A DNA stretch of 63,403 nt, the filler included, from Octopus bimaculoides (Eukaryota), in NCBI RefSeq assembly GCF_001194135.2. It is 5 parts of 5 records of this genome, joined end to end, with 100 filler letters (N's around TTAATTAATTAA, not from the genome) between each part and the next. Parts side by side here need not be neighbours in the genome. Positions count along the whole stretch, not along the records: positions 39,139 to 55,988 come from NC_068982.1; positions 56,089 to 58,191 come from NC_068983.1; positions 58,292 to 63,403 come from NC_069008.1; 2 more parts are not named here. One strand, written 5' to 3'. A program made the translations under genes and the position numbers. The notes beneath the pieces were generated by a model, which saw nothing but the letters and a program-made list of their open reading frames with translations, made no database searches and had not been told where the DNA came from. Position 1 is the first letter of the stretch, and every line of letters begins with the position of its first letter. This document shows positions 51,858-63,403 of this stretch, in pieces.

Positions 51858-52250
51858 TATATAAGATACTTGCATTTAAGAAGGTTATGTGTATATACAT
51901 TTATAATATAGCGAAGCTGAATCTTAGAAGTTAACACTAATAACTTCAAATATAACATTAGAGTTAGTATTCAATATATTAATTAATTATTTTCAGTAAT
52001 AGATTAATCACTTCAACTAAATTATTAAGTTAGCTCCAGCGAAATTTCAGTTAGTATTAGATGTTTTGTTAGGTGAGCAGAAAGTTAAACATTACATGAG
52101 CAGCCTAATCACTAAGAATGGAGTTGTTTAACTCTTTACCATGCAGATTGCTCTTTCAAATCTAATGCCTATTTAAACATTTTGTTTTGAATTAATTGTG
52201 CATTATCTTATAGCTTCAAGAGTTTGATTATGTGATTATCTTTTCTTTCA

Positions 52251-52663
52251 TCTTTTACTTGTTTCAGCCATGATGAGAGACTGCCTTGAAGTATTTTAAT
52301 CGAATGAATTGACCCCACTACCTTTTTTATTTAAAGCCTGGTACTTATTCTATCAGCCTCTTTGGCCAAACCACTAAGTTATGGGGATGTAAACATACCA
52401 ACTCCAGTTACCAAGTGGTGATGGGAAACAAACACAGACACAAAGACACACACAAATACATACGTATACATATATATATATATATATGTATATATGCACA
52501 CACACATATACGAAGGACTTCTTTCAGTTTCCATCTTTCAAATCCACTTTGGTTGGTCCAAGAGCATAGTAGACCACATACCCAAGGTGCAATGGAGTGG
52601 GACTGAACCTGGAACCATGTGGTTGGAAAGCAAACTTCTTGCCACACAGCCAGCCCTGTACCT
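52251..52663 (-). mobile_element. Family A SINE (full length)
   Basis: Reverse complement colinear with 16902-17305. Confidence 0.88.
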
Positions 52664-53215
52664 ATATATATATATAAATATATGTACACAAATGCGCACA
52701 CATACACACACAAACACATATAACACCAGGCAAGCAGGCCGAAACTTTGAAGTCATAATGTTATGTTTATTTATTTTTAGAAAAATGCTATTGGGTTAAT
52801 AATGTTATAGGGCAGTTTGAACATAAAACAGGTAGAATATTTTGACTGGATATGGTCAGTTAAATGCCAAAGAGTTAAACCCTTTAGAGCAACAAGTAAA
52901 TTCATGTAGTTCACATGTAAAGATATAAAGTGGATTGAACTTCCTCATTCAGTGAATAATCAAGTTATAGAAGTTCTCATCATTTATCATAGACATGCAG
53001 TGTTAAAATTTAGAGCTTGAAAAAATGTATTATTTTTAAAGCTGTTGAGAAGTTTACTGAGAAAGATTTAGCTAGGATTTAATTTATTTTAAAATTTTTT
53101 ATGGAGTTTAAACACTTTATAGAACCTAATTCACTGGTTTAATAATATAATAGTTGATATAATACAAGTGAAGTCATAAAAAGTTTGCCTTATAATTTGT
53201 TTAAACAGATGAAAC

Positions 53216-53849
53216 CAGTGGTTTTCAACTTGGGTCCACATGGTCTTTGGGGATCTATACAAGATTTTGTTTTGTGGCTGTGTGGTAAGTAGCTTGCTTA
53301 CCAACCACATGGTTCCGGGTTCATTCCCACTGCGTGGCACCTTGGGCAAGTGTTTTCTACTATAGCCTCGGGTCGACCGATGCCTTGTGAGTGGATTTGG
53401 TAGACAGAAACTGAAGGAAGTCCATCGTATATATATATGTATGTGTGTGTATATGTTTGTGTGTCTGTGTTTGGTCCCCCCACCATCGCTTGACAACCGA
53501 TGGTGGTGTGTTTACGTCCCTATAACTTATCGGTTCGGAAAACGAGACCGATAGAATAAGTACTAGGCTTACAAAGAATAAGTTCTGGGGTCAATTTGCT
53601 CAACTAAAGGTGGTGCACCAGTGTGGCCGCAGTCAAATGACTGAAACAAGTAAAAGAGTATGCAATAAATTGGTTAAACTTCTGCAATACGTAAAATATT
53701 TTAATAATTATTTTGATACAAATTCTTATACTATTTGATAAAAATGATATTATATGATTTTTTAAAACATGGAATACTACTAGGAGGGTTCATTTGAGTA
53801 AAATGGGAACCAAAAGGGTTCATAGGTAAAAAGTAGTTGAGAAACACTG
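53216..53849. mobile_element. hAT-type MITE interrupted by a family A SINE
   Basis: TIRs CAGTGGTTTTCAACT / AGTTGAGAAACACTG; flanking 8-mers GATGAAAC / GATTAAGC (6 of 8) fit a decayed 8-bp target duplication. Confidence 0.75.
53274..53660 (+). mobile_element. Family A SINE (full length, nested in hAT MITE)
   Basis: Colinear with 16902-17305. Confidence 0.9.
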
Positions 53850-54177
53850 GATTAAGCCAAGGTTTAATCCCATTCTCCTTTCCTTCCAAAATGCTGAAAA
53901 CAAATATTAAGCCGAGGTAAACAATGACAACAGATATTTTAATACAATTTAATCCATACAAATATTTTAATCTGGAGTAATCTTGTTATGTCAGAATCAA
54001 TAATTCAACTATGATTCATTTAATGAAAAATATTTAAGGAACGGCTGTGTCATAATAAGTTTGCTTCCAAACCACGTGGTCTTTGGTTCAGTCCCACAGT
54101 GTGGCCCCTTGAGCAAGTGTCTTTCATACTTAAAACTCTAGACTAACCAAAGCCTTGTGAATGGATTCGATAGCAGT

Positions 54178-54214
<37 letters not shown>

Positions 54215-55079
54215 CCTGTGCTGGCATGGGTTGATAGGTTGGATGGTTTGACCAGGGCTGGCAAGCTGTAAGGTTGCACCAGATTCCAGTCTGATTTGGC
54301 ATGCCTTATATGGCTGGATGCGCTTCCTAACACCAACAACTCCAAGAGTGCAATGGATGCTTTTATGTGCCACCAGCATGGGTGCCATTTGCGTGACACC
54401 AGTATCTGTCATGAGTGTGGTTTCACTTGGCTTGATGTGTCTTCTTAAGGACAGCATAATGCCAAAGGTCTCAGTCATTCATCATTGCCTCCGTGAGGCC
54501 CAATACTCGAAAGGTGCTTTTCATGTGCCAGTTACCTGACACCAGCATCGGCCAAGGTGGTGCCCCAGCATGGCTACAGTCTAATGAACGAAACAAGTTA
54601 AAAAAATATAAGATAACAGAAAACTACCAGTTAGTAATTTAGCTCTGAGTTGTGTAAGCTAAGCAAATTTCTTACTTCTTTTTTTTCCCTTTGTCCCAGC
54701 CACTTCAATCTTGATAAGTTAAATCACTATTACAGTAAAATAAAGGTACAATAGCTGTGAGTTTAGATTATTGGCCAGATGGTCAATGTTTAAAATTATA
54801 CTATAGCCACTGTATTGCACCCCAAACTAAGTCATCTAACTTTTCTTAGTCTGCTTGACTGAGCATAACAAAAAAATGGCTCCACTCATACTTAATGGTC
54901 CAATGGCTAGTAATAGGAAAAGCATCCAGCTGTAAAAATAATTTCTCCCAAAAATTAACCATCTCAACAATGCAAGCATCAGAAAATTATAATAATAGAA
55001 CAGTAATAAAGACAAGAAGTACAACAATAATAATACTACTAATACTACTACTACTAATAATAATAATAATAATAATAAT

Positions 55080-55530
55080 AACAATTATAATCCTTTCTAC
55101 TATAGGCACAAAGCTTGAAATTTGGTGGGTGGGGAACAGTCGATTATATCCACCCCAGTGCTCAACTGGTGCTTATTTTATTGACCTCAGTGGAATTTGA
55201 ACTCAAAACATAAACTAGAAGAAATGCTGCAATATTTTGTTTTTGGTGTGCTAACAATTCTTCCAGCTTGCTGCCTTATATAATAATGACAACAACAACA
55301 ATAATGATAATAATAATCCTATCTACTATCAGCACAAGGCCTGAGATTCTATGGAGAAGAAGTAGTCAATTACATCAACCCCAGTGCTCAGCTGGTACTT
55401 ATTTTATCGATGTCGAAAGGATGGAAGTCAAAGTTGACCTCAGAGGAATTTGAACTCAAAACATTAAAGCAGACAAAATGCCACAAAGCACTTTGTCTGG
55501 TGTGCTAACAATTCTGCCAGTTTGCTGCTT
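55080..55530 (-). mobile_element. Two tandem family B SINEs
   Basis: Two AATCCT.TCTACTAT..GCACAA tails and GAATTTGAACTC heads. Confidence 0.82.
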
Positions 55531-55988
55531 TATATGACAGCAGCAATAACAACACTATGAAGGATTATTCTCATCTCAAGCAGTTTTGTGATATAAACAG
55601 ATAGATATACACTTAAAGATTATATATATATATATATATTTCTATCTATTTATCTATCTGTCTTCCTCCATCTTTCTATCTATACCTCTGTCCTGGCCTC
55701 TACTTCACTGCTTCTGTCCCTTCCTCCTTGTTCCACTTCCTCCCTCCACCATCCTCTCTGCTCTCGTGTGACCTGTGGTCAACTTTCTTTTCACTCCAGC
55801 CGCTGTGAAGGCAAGACGAACTACTAGCGTTCTACCTCAGATTTGCGTTTGGCCGTACGGCTTTTGAATGTTGTTTTCACTGTCCATTTTTTCCTGTCTT
55901 GGTTTGTGTTTGCCACCTTGGAATCCTCTGTGTAGTGGGTTGATCCACTACTCAGGAAGAGACTATTCTAGAGTATGTTCTGTCTTAT

Positions 55989-56088
55989 NNNNNNNNNNNN
56001 NNNNNNNNNNNNNNNNNNNNNNNNNNNNNNNNTTAATTAATTAANNNNNNNNNNNNNNNNNNNNNNNNNNNNNNNNNNNNNNNNNNNN
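55989..56088. other. Artificial scaffold-joining spacer
   Basis: 44N + TTAATTAATTAA (56033-56044) + 44N. Confidence 0.95.
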
Positions 56089-56238
56089 GAAAAGACAACA
56101 CGAAACCGGTTATTTCTCAAAATACAATGTTTATATGCCAAAAAGATTTTATAACATTTTTCTAACATTTTTCTGACATAATTTAAATATATACTTTAAT
56201 CATGTAACACAAGTCTTCTGTAGTTTTTTCACTCTTAT

Positions 56239-56290
<52 letters not shown>

Positions 56291-57346
56291 GTGTATATTT
56301 GAATGTTTATGGTATGCATTGATCATGCAAGTATGTATGCATGCATGTAATTAGATTTGCATGCACGAACATGCATGTTGTCTATATACTCACATCTATA
56401 TATTGCAAAAAGAAAAATATTGCTATCAATAATTCACACACACGCACACACGCACAAACATATAAACACCTACACGTATGTTGAATATGAGTGACAAGAT
56501 GTATGCATATACATGCATGAATATTTATTTAATATGTTTGTATTAGCTACATAGTCTATAAAATTATATATATATATATATATATATGTTTATATTTATA
56601 CACACACATTATTATATATTTTTATAGATTACATAGGCAATGGATATGTATATCAAATAATATTTATGTATCTATATACATCCACTCACACACACATTTA
56701 CACATACACACTCTATGTGTGTGTGTGTGTGTATTTTTGCATTGATGCTCATATAATATATATGAAGAAGATGTCATCAAGTTGTCGCTCCTCTCCTCGG
56801 TAGAGACCTGTTGGGAAAATAATTATATTCTAACAAAGACTCACGAACAATTTCTACTTCATATTGGTGCCGCCAATTCTTACCGTCCATTAGCATAAGA
56901 GAAGAGAACACGCACGTACACGCATAAACAGTCGCAGATACAGACATGTAAATATGTACGTAAAAACCACACCCACTCACACAATCACACACGTACGCAC
57001 GCATACATGGGATTGAGTATGTACAAGTTTTATATAAATGTATATATGTATATATATATATATATATATANNNNNNNNNNNNNNNNNNNNNNNNNNNNNN
57101 NNNNNNNNNNNNNNNNNNNNNNNNNNNNNNNNNNNNNNNNNNNNNNNNNNNNNNNNNNNNNNNNNNNNNNNNNNNNNNNNNNNNNNNNNNNNNNNNNNNN
57201 NNNNNNNNNNNNNNNNNNNNNNNNNNNNNNNNNNNNNNNNNNNNNNNNNNNNNNNNNNNNNNNNNNNNNNNNNNNNNNNNNNNNNNNNNNNNNNNNNNNN
57301 NATATGTATGTATACGCATTTGTATATAAATATGTATGTATACATA

Positions 57347-57389
<43 letters not shown>

Positions 57390-57548
57390 CAGATATACAA
57401 TTATGTATAAACATATTTATGTTATGTATGCACACATATACATATATACATATATACATACCCAAAAACGTATTTTAGCGTATATATGCTTACATTCGTT
57501 GGTGTGTTTGTAAATATATATATATATGTATGTATTTATATGTGTGTG

Positions 57549-57583
<35 letters not shown>

Positions 57584-57987
57584 GGTTTTGTGTGTATGTT
57601 CATATGTATAACAACATGGATATATATATATTACATAAACATTATATATTCCTCTCTATATATATATATGTGAGAGTATTTGCGTGTGTGTGTTTGTGTG
57701 TGAGTGCGTAAGTGCGCACAAAAAAAAAAGATAGATACATATATTGATGGATTATTTTGCGTCAGATGAAGGTTAATTATAACATAGAAAAAAATGGAGG
57801 AAAAGACAGACACATAATATATGTGTGCGTGAGTGTATGTGGTTGTGAATATCTAAGTAATTGCGTGCGTAACAGTGAGTGAATATATACCTGTTTTCTG
57901 ATATTTGATATCTCTACTCGTGTGTAATTGGCAATGTGATGTGTGCATGCATATATTTTGGTTTTTAAAGGTAATGAACTTGCGTAC

Positions 57988-58190
57988 ATAGCGGTTCACC
58001 TATCGCGGTTTATTATTTAAGCTTGCGTCGATTCCTCCGTGGTGTTATTTTGCATTTATAATAAAATAAATATATACAAATTATAAAAATAAAAATATAT
58101 ATACAGTACTGTACTGTTTCTACTTCACGGATTTTCATCTATCAGGGCGGGGTTTAGAACGTAACGTCCGCGATAGTCGAGGGATTACTG
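57988..58190. mobile_element. pogo/Tigger-like non-autonomous element (right end intact)
   Basis: Ends ...GAACGTAACGTCCGCGATAGTCGAGGGATTACTG; partial mirror motif TTCACCTATCGCGG at the left; resembles recalled pogo-type ends. Confidence 0.55.
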
Positions 58191-58191
58191 T

Positions 58192-58291
58192 NNNNNNNNN
58201 NNNNNNNNNNNNNNNNNNNNNNNNNNNNNNNNNNNTTAATTAATTAANNNNNNNNNNNNNNNNNNNNNNNNNNNNNNNNNNNNNNNNNNNN
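58192..58291. other. Artificial scaffold-joining spacer
   Basis: 44N + TTAATTAATTAA (58236-58247) + 44N. Confidence 0.95.
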
Positions 58292-58465
<174 letters not shown>

Positions 58466-59071
58466 TTTTTCATTATCATTATGATTAATTCCGCCAAGGT
58501 AACTTCCTTTTTTTATATGAATCGACCCTCGTCTGCGTGTGTATAGATCAGGTTGTACCTATGCGCGTAAACAGCTGTGGGTACATACATAGATATGCGA
58601 CTGTATGTATGTGTGTATGGGTGTGTGTGTATGGGTGTGTGTGTATATGGGTGTGTACAGTGATGGATTCGAGGATTTCTAGTATTTAGAATTTGATTTC
58701 TTAATTAAGCCAGAGTATAAATGCCTATAATGCCTTAAATAATAATAATAATTCAGTTCAATTAAAAAGCATGGCTAAGCAACGCATTGTAAGCCACACT
58801 ATAATCTGCGAAAAAATTTATCCGCACGGAGAGTATGCCTCGTCCCTCTGAGGCCTTTTCATTTATGGTTTGTAATCTTCCCTATTTTGATTTGGCTTCT
58901 TTTGCACATGTCTCACTGAGATATTGTGCATGAGAGAAGCTGTGCCTTGTATGATGGTAAAATTGCGTTTTTCTAAGTAGATATTTTCGTTAAGAGATCC
59001 CTTCCTCCAAGTCACCCACAAATTTCTTTTCGCATTCCACCGATGATGATAGATTAAATTTGTTTTCTTTT

Positions 59072-59116
<45 letters not shown>

Positions 59117-59161
59117 GTCAAGACGAAGAGCGCGATTCGATTGTAATAGATATTTTATTTG

Positions 59162-59204
59162 TTGAACGATGTTTCAACAGTAAATCTGTCTTTGTCAAGT
59201 TCAA
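59162..59204 (-). ncRNA. Minimal type I hammerhead-like motif (U3-A8 core variant) in PLE left repeat
   Basis: Minus strand reads UUGAAC-UUGACAA-A-GACAG-auuua-CUGUU-GAA-A-ca-U-C-GUUCAA: 6-bp stem I, 5-bp stem II, 1-bp stem III, AUC cleavage triplet. Confidence 0.6.
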
Positions 59205-59399
59205 AATAAGAAGCGATAAAAATTCGAAATTACAGAAATTTAAACGTAAAGTATGAACGAGAGCAACCAGCGTCCACATGTTGATGGAATGACATCATCA
59301 GTTTTTAAGTTTCAATTTTATAACAGGCGAAAAGAAAAAGACAGAAAAAAAACAGCAAAGAAGACGACAAAAAAAAAGAAAAAAAAACTTTGATGGACC

Positions 59400-60423
59400 G
59401 CTTGCATTTCTGTGACTGTTATGCTAGAAACTATGGCTTTAAATCCAACATCAAGTTTACGTCTAGTTTTTCAAAAACTAGCGTTGAATTTTTGGACACA
59501 AGTTTTCTGGAGGCAGAATAGTGGCAGAGTTATTTTGCAAGCCAACGTCATCCCACATATATCTCCACCGCTGCTCCGATCACCCACATCATCTTATTCG
59601 GTCAAATTCGAAATCCCAATTTTTTAGGATAAAACGGATTTGTACTGATATAGGGGATTACTGGAAACATGCAAATGCTTTTGTATGTCATTATGTCAAA
59701 CGAGGTTACAGTGAATCACGATTAAAGGAAATAGCAAATGAAACAGATAAGATTAGCAAAGATAGTCAAACCTTCACGCATAAGTTTGGCAAACACAATA
59801 CAATAGATAACAGAATTCCTTTAGTGATTATATGGCACATACATTTCGCTGGCATTTCAAATGTGTTGCATGAAAGTTACCAGCATGTGGTGAAAAAACA
59901 TCCTCGTTTCAAACAGATATTTCCTCAGCCGCCCATTGTATCCTTTAGACGGAATAAGAATATAAGAGAAATATTGACCTTTATTTCTGACTCCAAGAAA
60001 ACGAACATTGGAGTATCTGCACCCTGTACCTTGAAAAGCAGCCGGAAGAGAGGTAAGCCCTGTTCATTGTGCAACAACATGAGTGAAGTGAATTCCGTCA
60101 GGAATCATAACAGAGATGTTATGAATTATACAGAAGGTGGGACATGTAGAGATTCTCATTTGGTGTACGTTTCAGAATGCACGAAACACAACTTGATTTA
60201 TGTTGGTTGTACAACAGAGCAATTAAACAAAAGGTTTAATGGGTACAGATTCGACGTCAGGCACAATAACAGTAGTTTGACAGAACTTGCTGAACATTTC
60301 GTTTCATGCGGTTGCAGTTTTGAAGAAGACTTGAAAGTGCATATTCTCAGAAAATATTTGAATCTGCTTCAGTTTCACTTCTCAGAATGTATGAGGAGAA
60401 ATAATATGCTTGCGTGTTATTAA
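59400..60423 (+). pseudogene. PLE polyprotein remnant: RT C-terminus/thumb + linker + GIY-YIG endonuclease
   Basis: NIKFTSSFSKTSVEFLDT (~59440-59500) resembles the last RT motif. After a frameshift near 59505: LFCKPTSSHIYLHRCSDHP, QFFRIKRIC, IFPQPPIVSFRRNKNIREIL, C..C..C, then CRDSHLVYVSECTKHNLIYVGCTTEQLNKRFNGYR (GIY-YIG pattern). Confidence 0.88.
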
Positions 60424-60677
60424 CATCACTCTCTGGAGGAATGAATAAGATGACCGAATATCATCAGATTTATACAATTTTGTTTGATTAAATATTCTTC
60501 TTTTTCTCTTTTCCCTTTACTTTTTTTCTGTCTTTTTCTGTCTTTTTCTTTTCGCCTGTTATAAAATTGAAACTTAAAATCTGATGATGTCATTCCATCA
60601 ACATGTGGACGCTGGTTGCTCTCGTTCATACTTTACGTTTAAATTTCTGTAATTTCGAATTCTTCTCATTTCTTATT

Positions 60678-60720
60678 TTGAACTTGACAGAGATAGACTT
60701 ACTGTTGAAACATCGTTCAA
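60678..60720 (+). ncRNA. Minimal hammerhead-like motif in PLE right (sense) repeat
   Basis: UUGAAC-UUGACAG-A-GAUAG-acuua-CUGUU-GAAACAUC-GUUCAA; same fold as the left copy but with A9>G. Confidence 0.5.
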
Positions 60721-60813
60721 CCAATTAAATATCTATTACAATCGAATCGCGCTCTTCGTCTTGACTGTTTACCTTTGTGAAGAGTTACGTCAATCCTTTT
60801 TTTTTAAATATTA

Positions 60814-60868
<55 letters not shown>

Positions 60869-60891
60869 CATCATCATCATCATCATCATCA

Positions 60892-60977
<86 letters not shown>

Positions 60978-60984
60978 ATTAATC

Positions 60985-61541
60985 ACTGAGAGAGCAGTGT
61001 GTGCCATGAACGTAACGCTGAAGTAAAATATACGAATACCAGTATATCTATCATGACTACCCGCCTGATAAGGGTACACCAGGCACATGCATCACAATCA
61101 TATGTGCGCGACATGATGATCTCATATCAAGATAAACAACGCATGGCCTTTCAGATGGGGCCCAGTTAGAATTTTTTTCAGGTCGAGTAGTCCATCCCGC
61201 TCAAAAGGTCCTTGAATAAGGTTTGTTTAAGGATGTTGAGCTAAACACCCATGTTTCCAAAGGTGAATTATTCAAACCCCAAAGAACTCCTCTCAACACA
61301 TGGCTATGATGCTCCCCCCACTACTTCTGCTCATGATCAGAGATGCACATATCGTCAGCCACCAAGGGACATGCTCAACTGGTTATGGTCAAATAAATGA
61401 CAAGCAAATCTGTGGTATTAAGCAGAATATTTGCTGTAGCCCATCTTTTATACCAAGACAAAACAATGTACATGATAACACTTCCAATCAATTAAGATCA
61501 GAAGCCATGAGAGCCACTGCCTGGTACTGCATCAGGGCATT
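60985..61541 (-). mobile_element. ~560-bp non-coding retroposon, family E, (AAT)n tail
   Basis: Homologous to 37351-37797 (+) and 45950-46147 (-). All three share the ...CTCTCTCACTC(AAT)n-type end; the 5' ends differ. Confidence 0.8.
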
Positions 61542-62012
61542 TATTATTATTATTATTATTATTATCATTAATATTATTATNNNNNNNNNNNNNNNNNNNN
61601 NNNNNNNNNNNNNNNNNNNNNNNNNNNNNNNNNNNNNNNNNNNNNNNNNNNNNNNNNNNNNNNNNNNNNNNNNNNNNNNNNNNNNNNNNNNNNNNNNNNN
61701 NNNNNNNNNNNNNNNNNNNNNNNNNNNNNNNNNNNNNNNNNNNNNNNNNNNNNNNNNNNNNNNNNNNNNNNNNNNNNNNNNNNNNNNNNNNNNNNNNNNN
61801 NNNNNNNNNNNNNNNNNNNNNNNNNNNNNNNNNNNNNNNNNNNNNNNNNNNNNNNNNNNNNNNNNNNNNNNNNNNNNNNNNNNNNNNNNNNNNNNNNNNN
61901 NNAGTAGTTTTATTTTTATAACGTTCTTTCACTTCACTACCGAGCGCAGCTCTGTCCGCCTTGGGTATGTGCTGTGGTTTGCTGTGGTGCTCTTATGGTT
62001 ACTGTATTGAAA

Positions 62013-62080
<68 letters not shown>

Positions 62081-62094
62081 TATTATTATTTCAG

Positions 62095-62273
62095 ACAGCC
62101 GGTGGATGAAAACATATGCCTTATCAATGGGAGCTGGTACGGACATCTATAATTCATTTATGAATATAGGAAATACTTCATCCTGGAAAGTGGACAAATG
62201 CATCGATGCCTTTTGTCCTAACTTCTTCCGACATCCTCTTCTTGATTTCTGGAGCCATCTTCCAATCGAGGAG
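62095..62273 (+). CDS. Internal coding exon of an unidentified gene (phase 1 to phase 0)
   Basis: Acceptor TATTATTTCAG|, donor GAG|GTACGT. Open, complex frame (D)SRWMKTYALSMGAGTDIYNSFMNIGNTSSWKVDKCIDAFCPNFFRHPLLDFWSHLPIEE. Family not recognised. Confidence 0.75.
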
Positions 62274-62538
62274 GTACGTGCACAAACGATCTTTAAGCGC
62301 ATTCATATACACAAACATCGACAGACTTAAGTTGGCATAAAATCATCCATTTTATGGGAGGAAAGCATCTATAAGATTACTTATTTTACTGATTTTAAAA
62401 AACAAAGTTTACCTTGACCGTATTAAAACTCAGATCGCCACGGCACATAGATAAGTACTTAATTACTTTAAAATACCGTGTTCACAAATCTATTCACAAA
62501 GCCATCTAATAACGTTCATAATATACAGGCGCTATTGG

Positions 62539-62607
<69 letters not shown>

Positions 62608-62743
62608 ACATTTATTATTAATTGCTGTTTCAGCGCTTCATTTCCAGCTGGTAATTGCAGAATATTACATACATCATACACATTATTGCATTAATGCATT
62701 AATATGATTCAAAAATAGCTGTATACATGCACGTCGTCTTCAG

Positions 62744-62875
62744 GTCAGTAGAGACCAAAGCACTACTAGATCATCCTTAGTTTCTTTTTCATTGCGCCTA
62801 TACCATAATGTTATTTCTAACATTCCATTGACAAAGGGCACATATTCATTGACAAAGAAATCCCATATTCATTCC
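62744..62875 (+). CDS. Candidate next exon (132 nt, phase 0-0)
   Basis: GTCGTCTTCAG| and TCC|GTAAGA; open frame VSRDQSTTRSSLVSFSLRLYHNVISNIPLTKGTYSLTKKSHIHS; phase-compatible with 62095-62273. Confidence 0.3.
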
Positions 62876-63150
62876 GTAAGACACTGACTTCGTTTGAAGT
62901 TGAACCGTAACAGACCCAAGAGACAAGTAATTGTTAAAGTTTATCATTTTTTTTTTAACGTTATTGTCTTAGAATGTTCATTTTTCTTCCTAAAAGTCAA
63001 GATGAATCTGTGGTTAAGGATGGAAGGAATTCAGAATTTCCATATTTTTTTTTTCATGGGGAATCTACTAACACTGCATTTGAAGAGAAATGAAGCTTCT
63101 TCTGATATCGAAAAGCATTGATTAACGAAACACTGATGACGCAATTTGGC

Positions 63151-63313
63151 CGTATAGACGTATAATGCTAAAAAGCACGAAATATCAGCAGCCGACAAAA
63201 ATGTCCATCACCGGCAGTGGACCTGTTAGATTAGGTGGCTTCATTGTGTTTGCGCCTCATTAGCATACACCCATAGTAGTATTCTGAGCTTTTTATCACT
63301 ATATGTCTATACG
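63151..63313. mobile_element. 163-bp MITE-like element with ~28-bp imperfect TIRs
   Basis: CGTATAGACGTATAATGCTAAAAAGCAC versus reverse complement CGTATAGACATATAGTGATAAAAAGCTC; a similar left end occurs at 47769-47801. Confidence 0.55.
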
Positions 63314-63403
63314 AGATACTTTCTCAGAACGAAGACTGCAGGTTTATTATTCCGTTCTTAAACTATAATCACGTTAACTATGATATAACGATGTCAATTC
63401 AGG

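Larger units (their letters stand above)
59116..60766 (+). mobile_element. 5'-truncated Penelope-like retroelement (PLE) with inverted pseudo-LTRs
   Basis: 59116-~59355 is the reverse complement of ~60527-60766. Between them lie an RT C-terminal piece, a Cys-rich linker and a GIY-YIG domain. The left end abuts an (ATT)n tract. Confidence 0.9.

Noticed and set aside
56760-56900. Apparent 76-nt minus-strand intron (ACG|GTAAGA...CCCAACAG|) and following exon
   Set aside because: No convincing upstream exon and no recognisable product in any frame.

Overview
Eukaryotic, AT-rich, gap-ridden genomic DNA dominated by microsatellites and SINEs. The repeat families look like those of an octopod (Octopus-type) cephalopod; this is inferred from recalled family appearance, not from a search. 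The window is not one locus. Four identical 100-bp spacers (44 N + TTAATTAATTAA + 44 N) join five pieces: 1-14874, 14975-39038, 39139-55988, 56089-58191 and 58292-63403. Nearly all ORFs in the supplied track are microsatellite or N-gap artefacts. The protein-like signal is limited to: (i) a 5'-truncated Penelope-like retroelement (RT end + Cys linker + GIY-YIG) between ~240-bp inverted terminal repeats; (ii) decayed pogo, mariner and Tc1/maT transposase pieces; (iii) one convincing internal coding exon (62095-62273) of an unidentified gene; (iv) a weaker two-exon minus-strand gene candidate near 2.1-3.7 kb. The most interesting hidden layer is at least three unrelated short repeat families that each carry a minimal type I hammerhead-ribozyme motif with a different non-canonical core, often in inverted pairs, plus further half motifs. 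Also notable: a mariner-derived element whose 3' end has been replaced by an inverted copy of its 5' end, two near-perfect hairpins (281 and 97 bp), modular SINEs that share heads and tails, and SINE trains inserted into (ATT)n tails. No rRNA, true tRNA gene or CRISPR array is supported.
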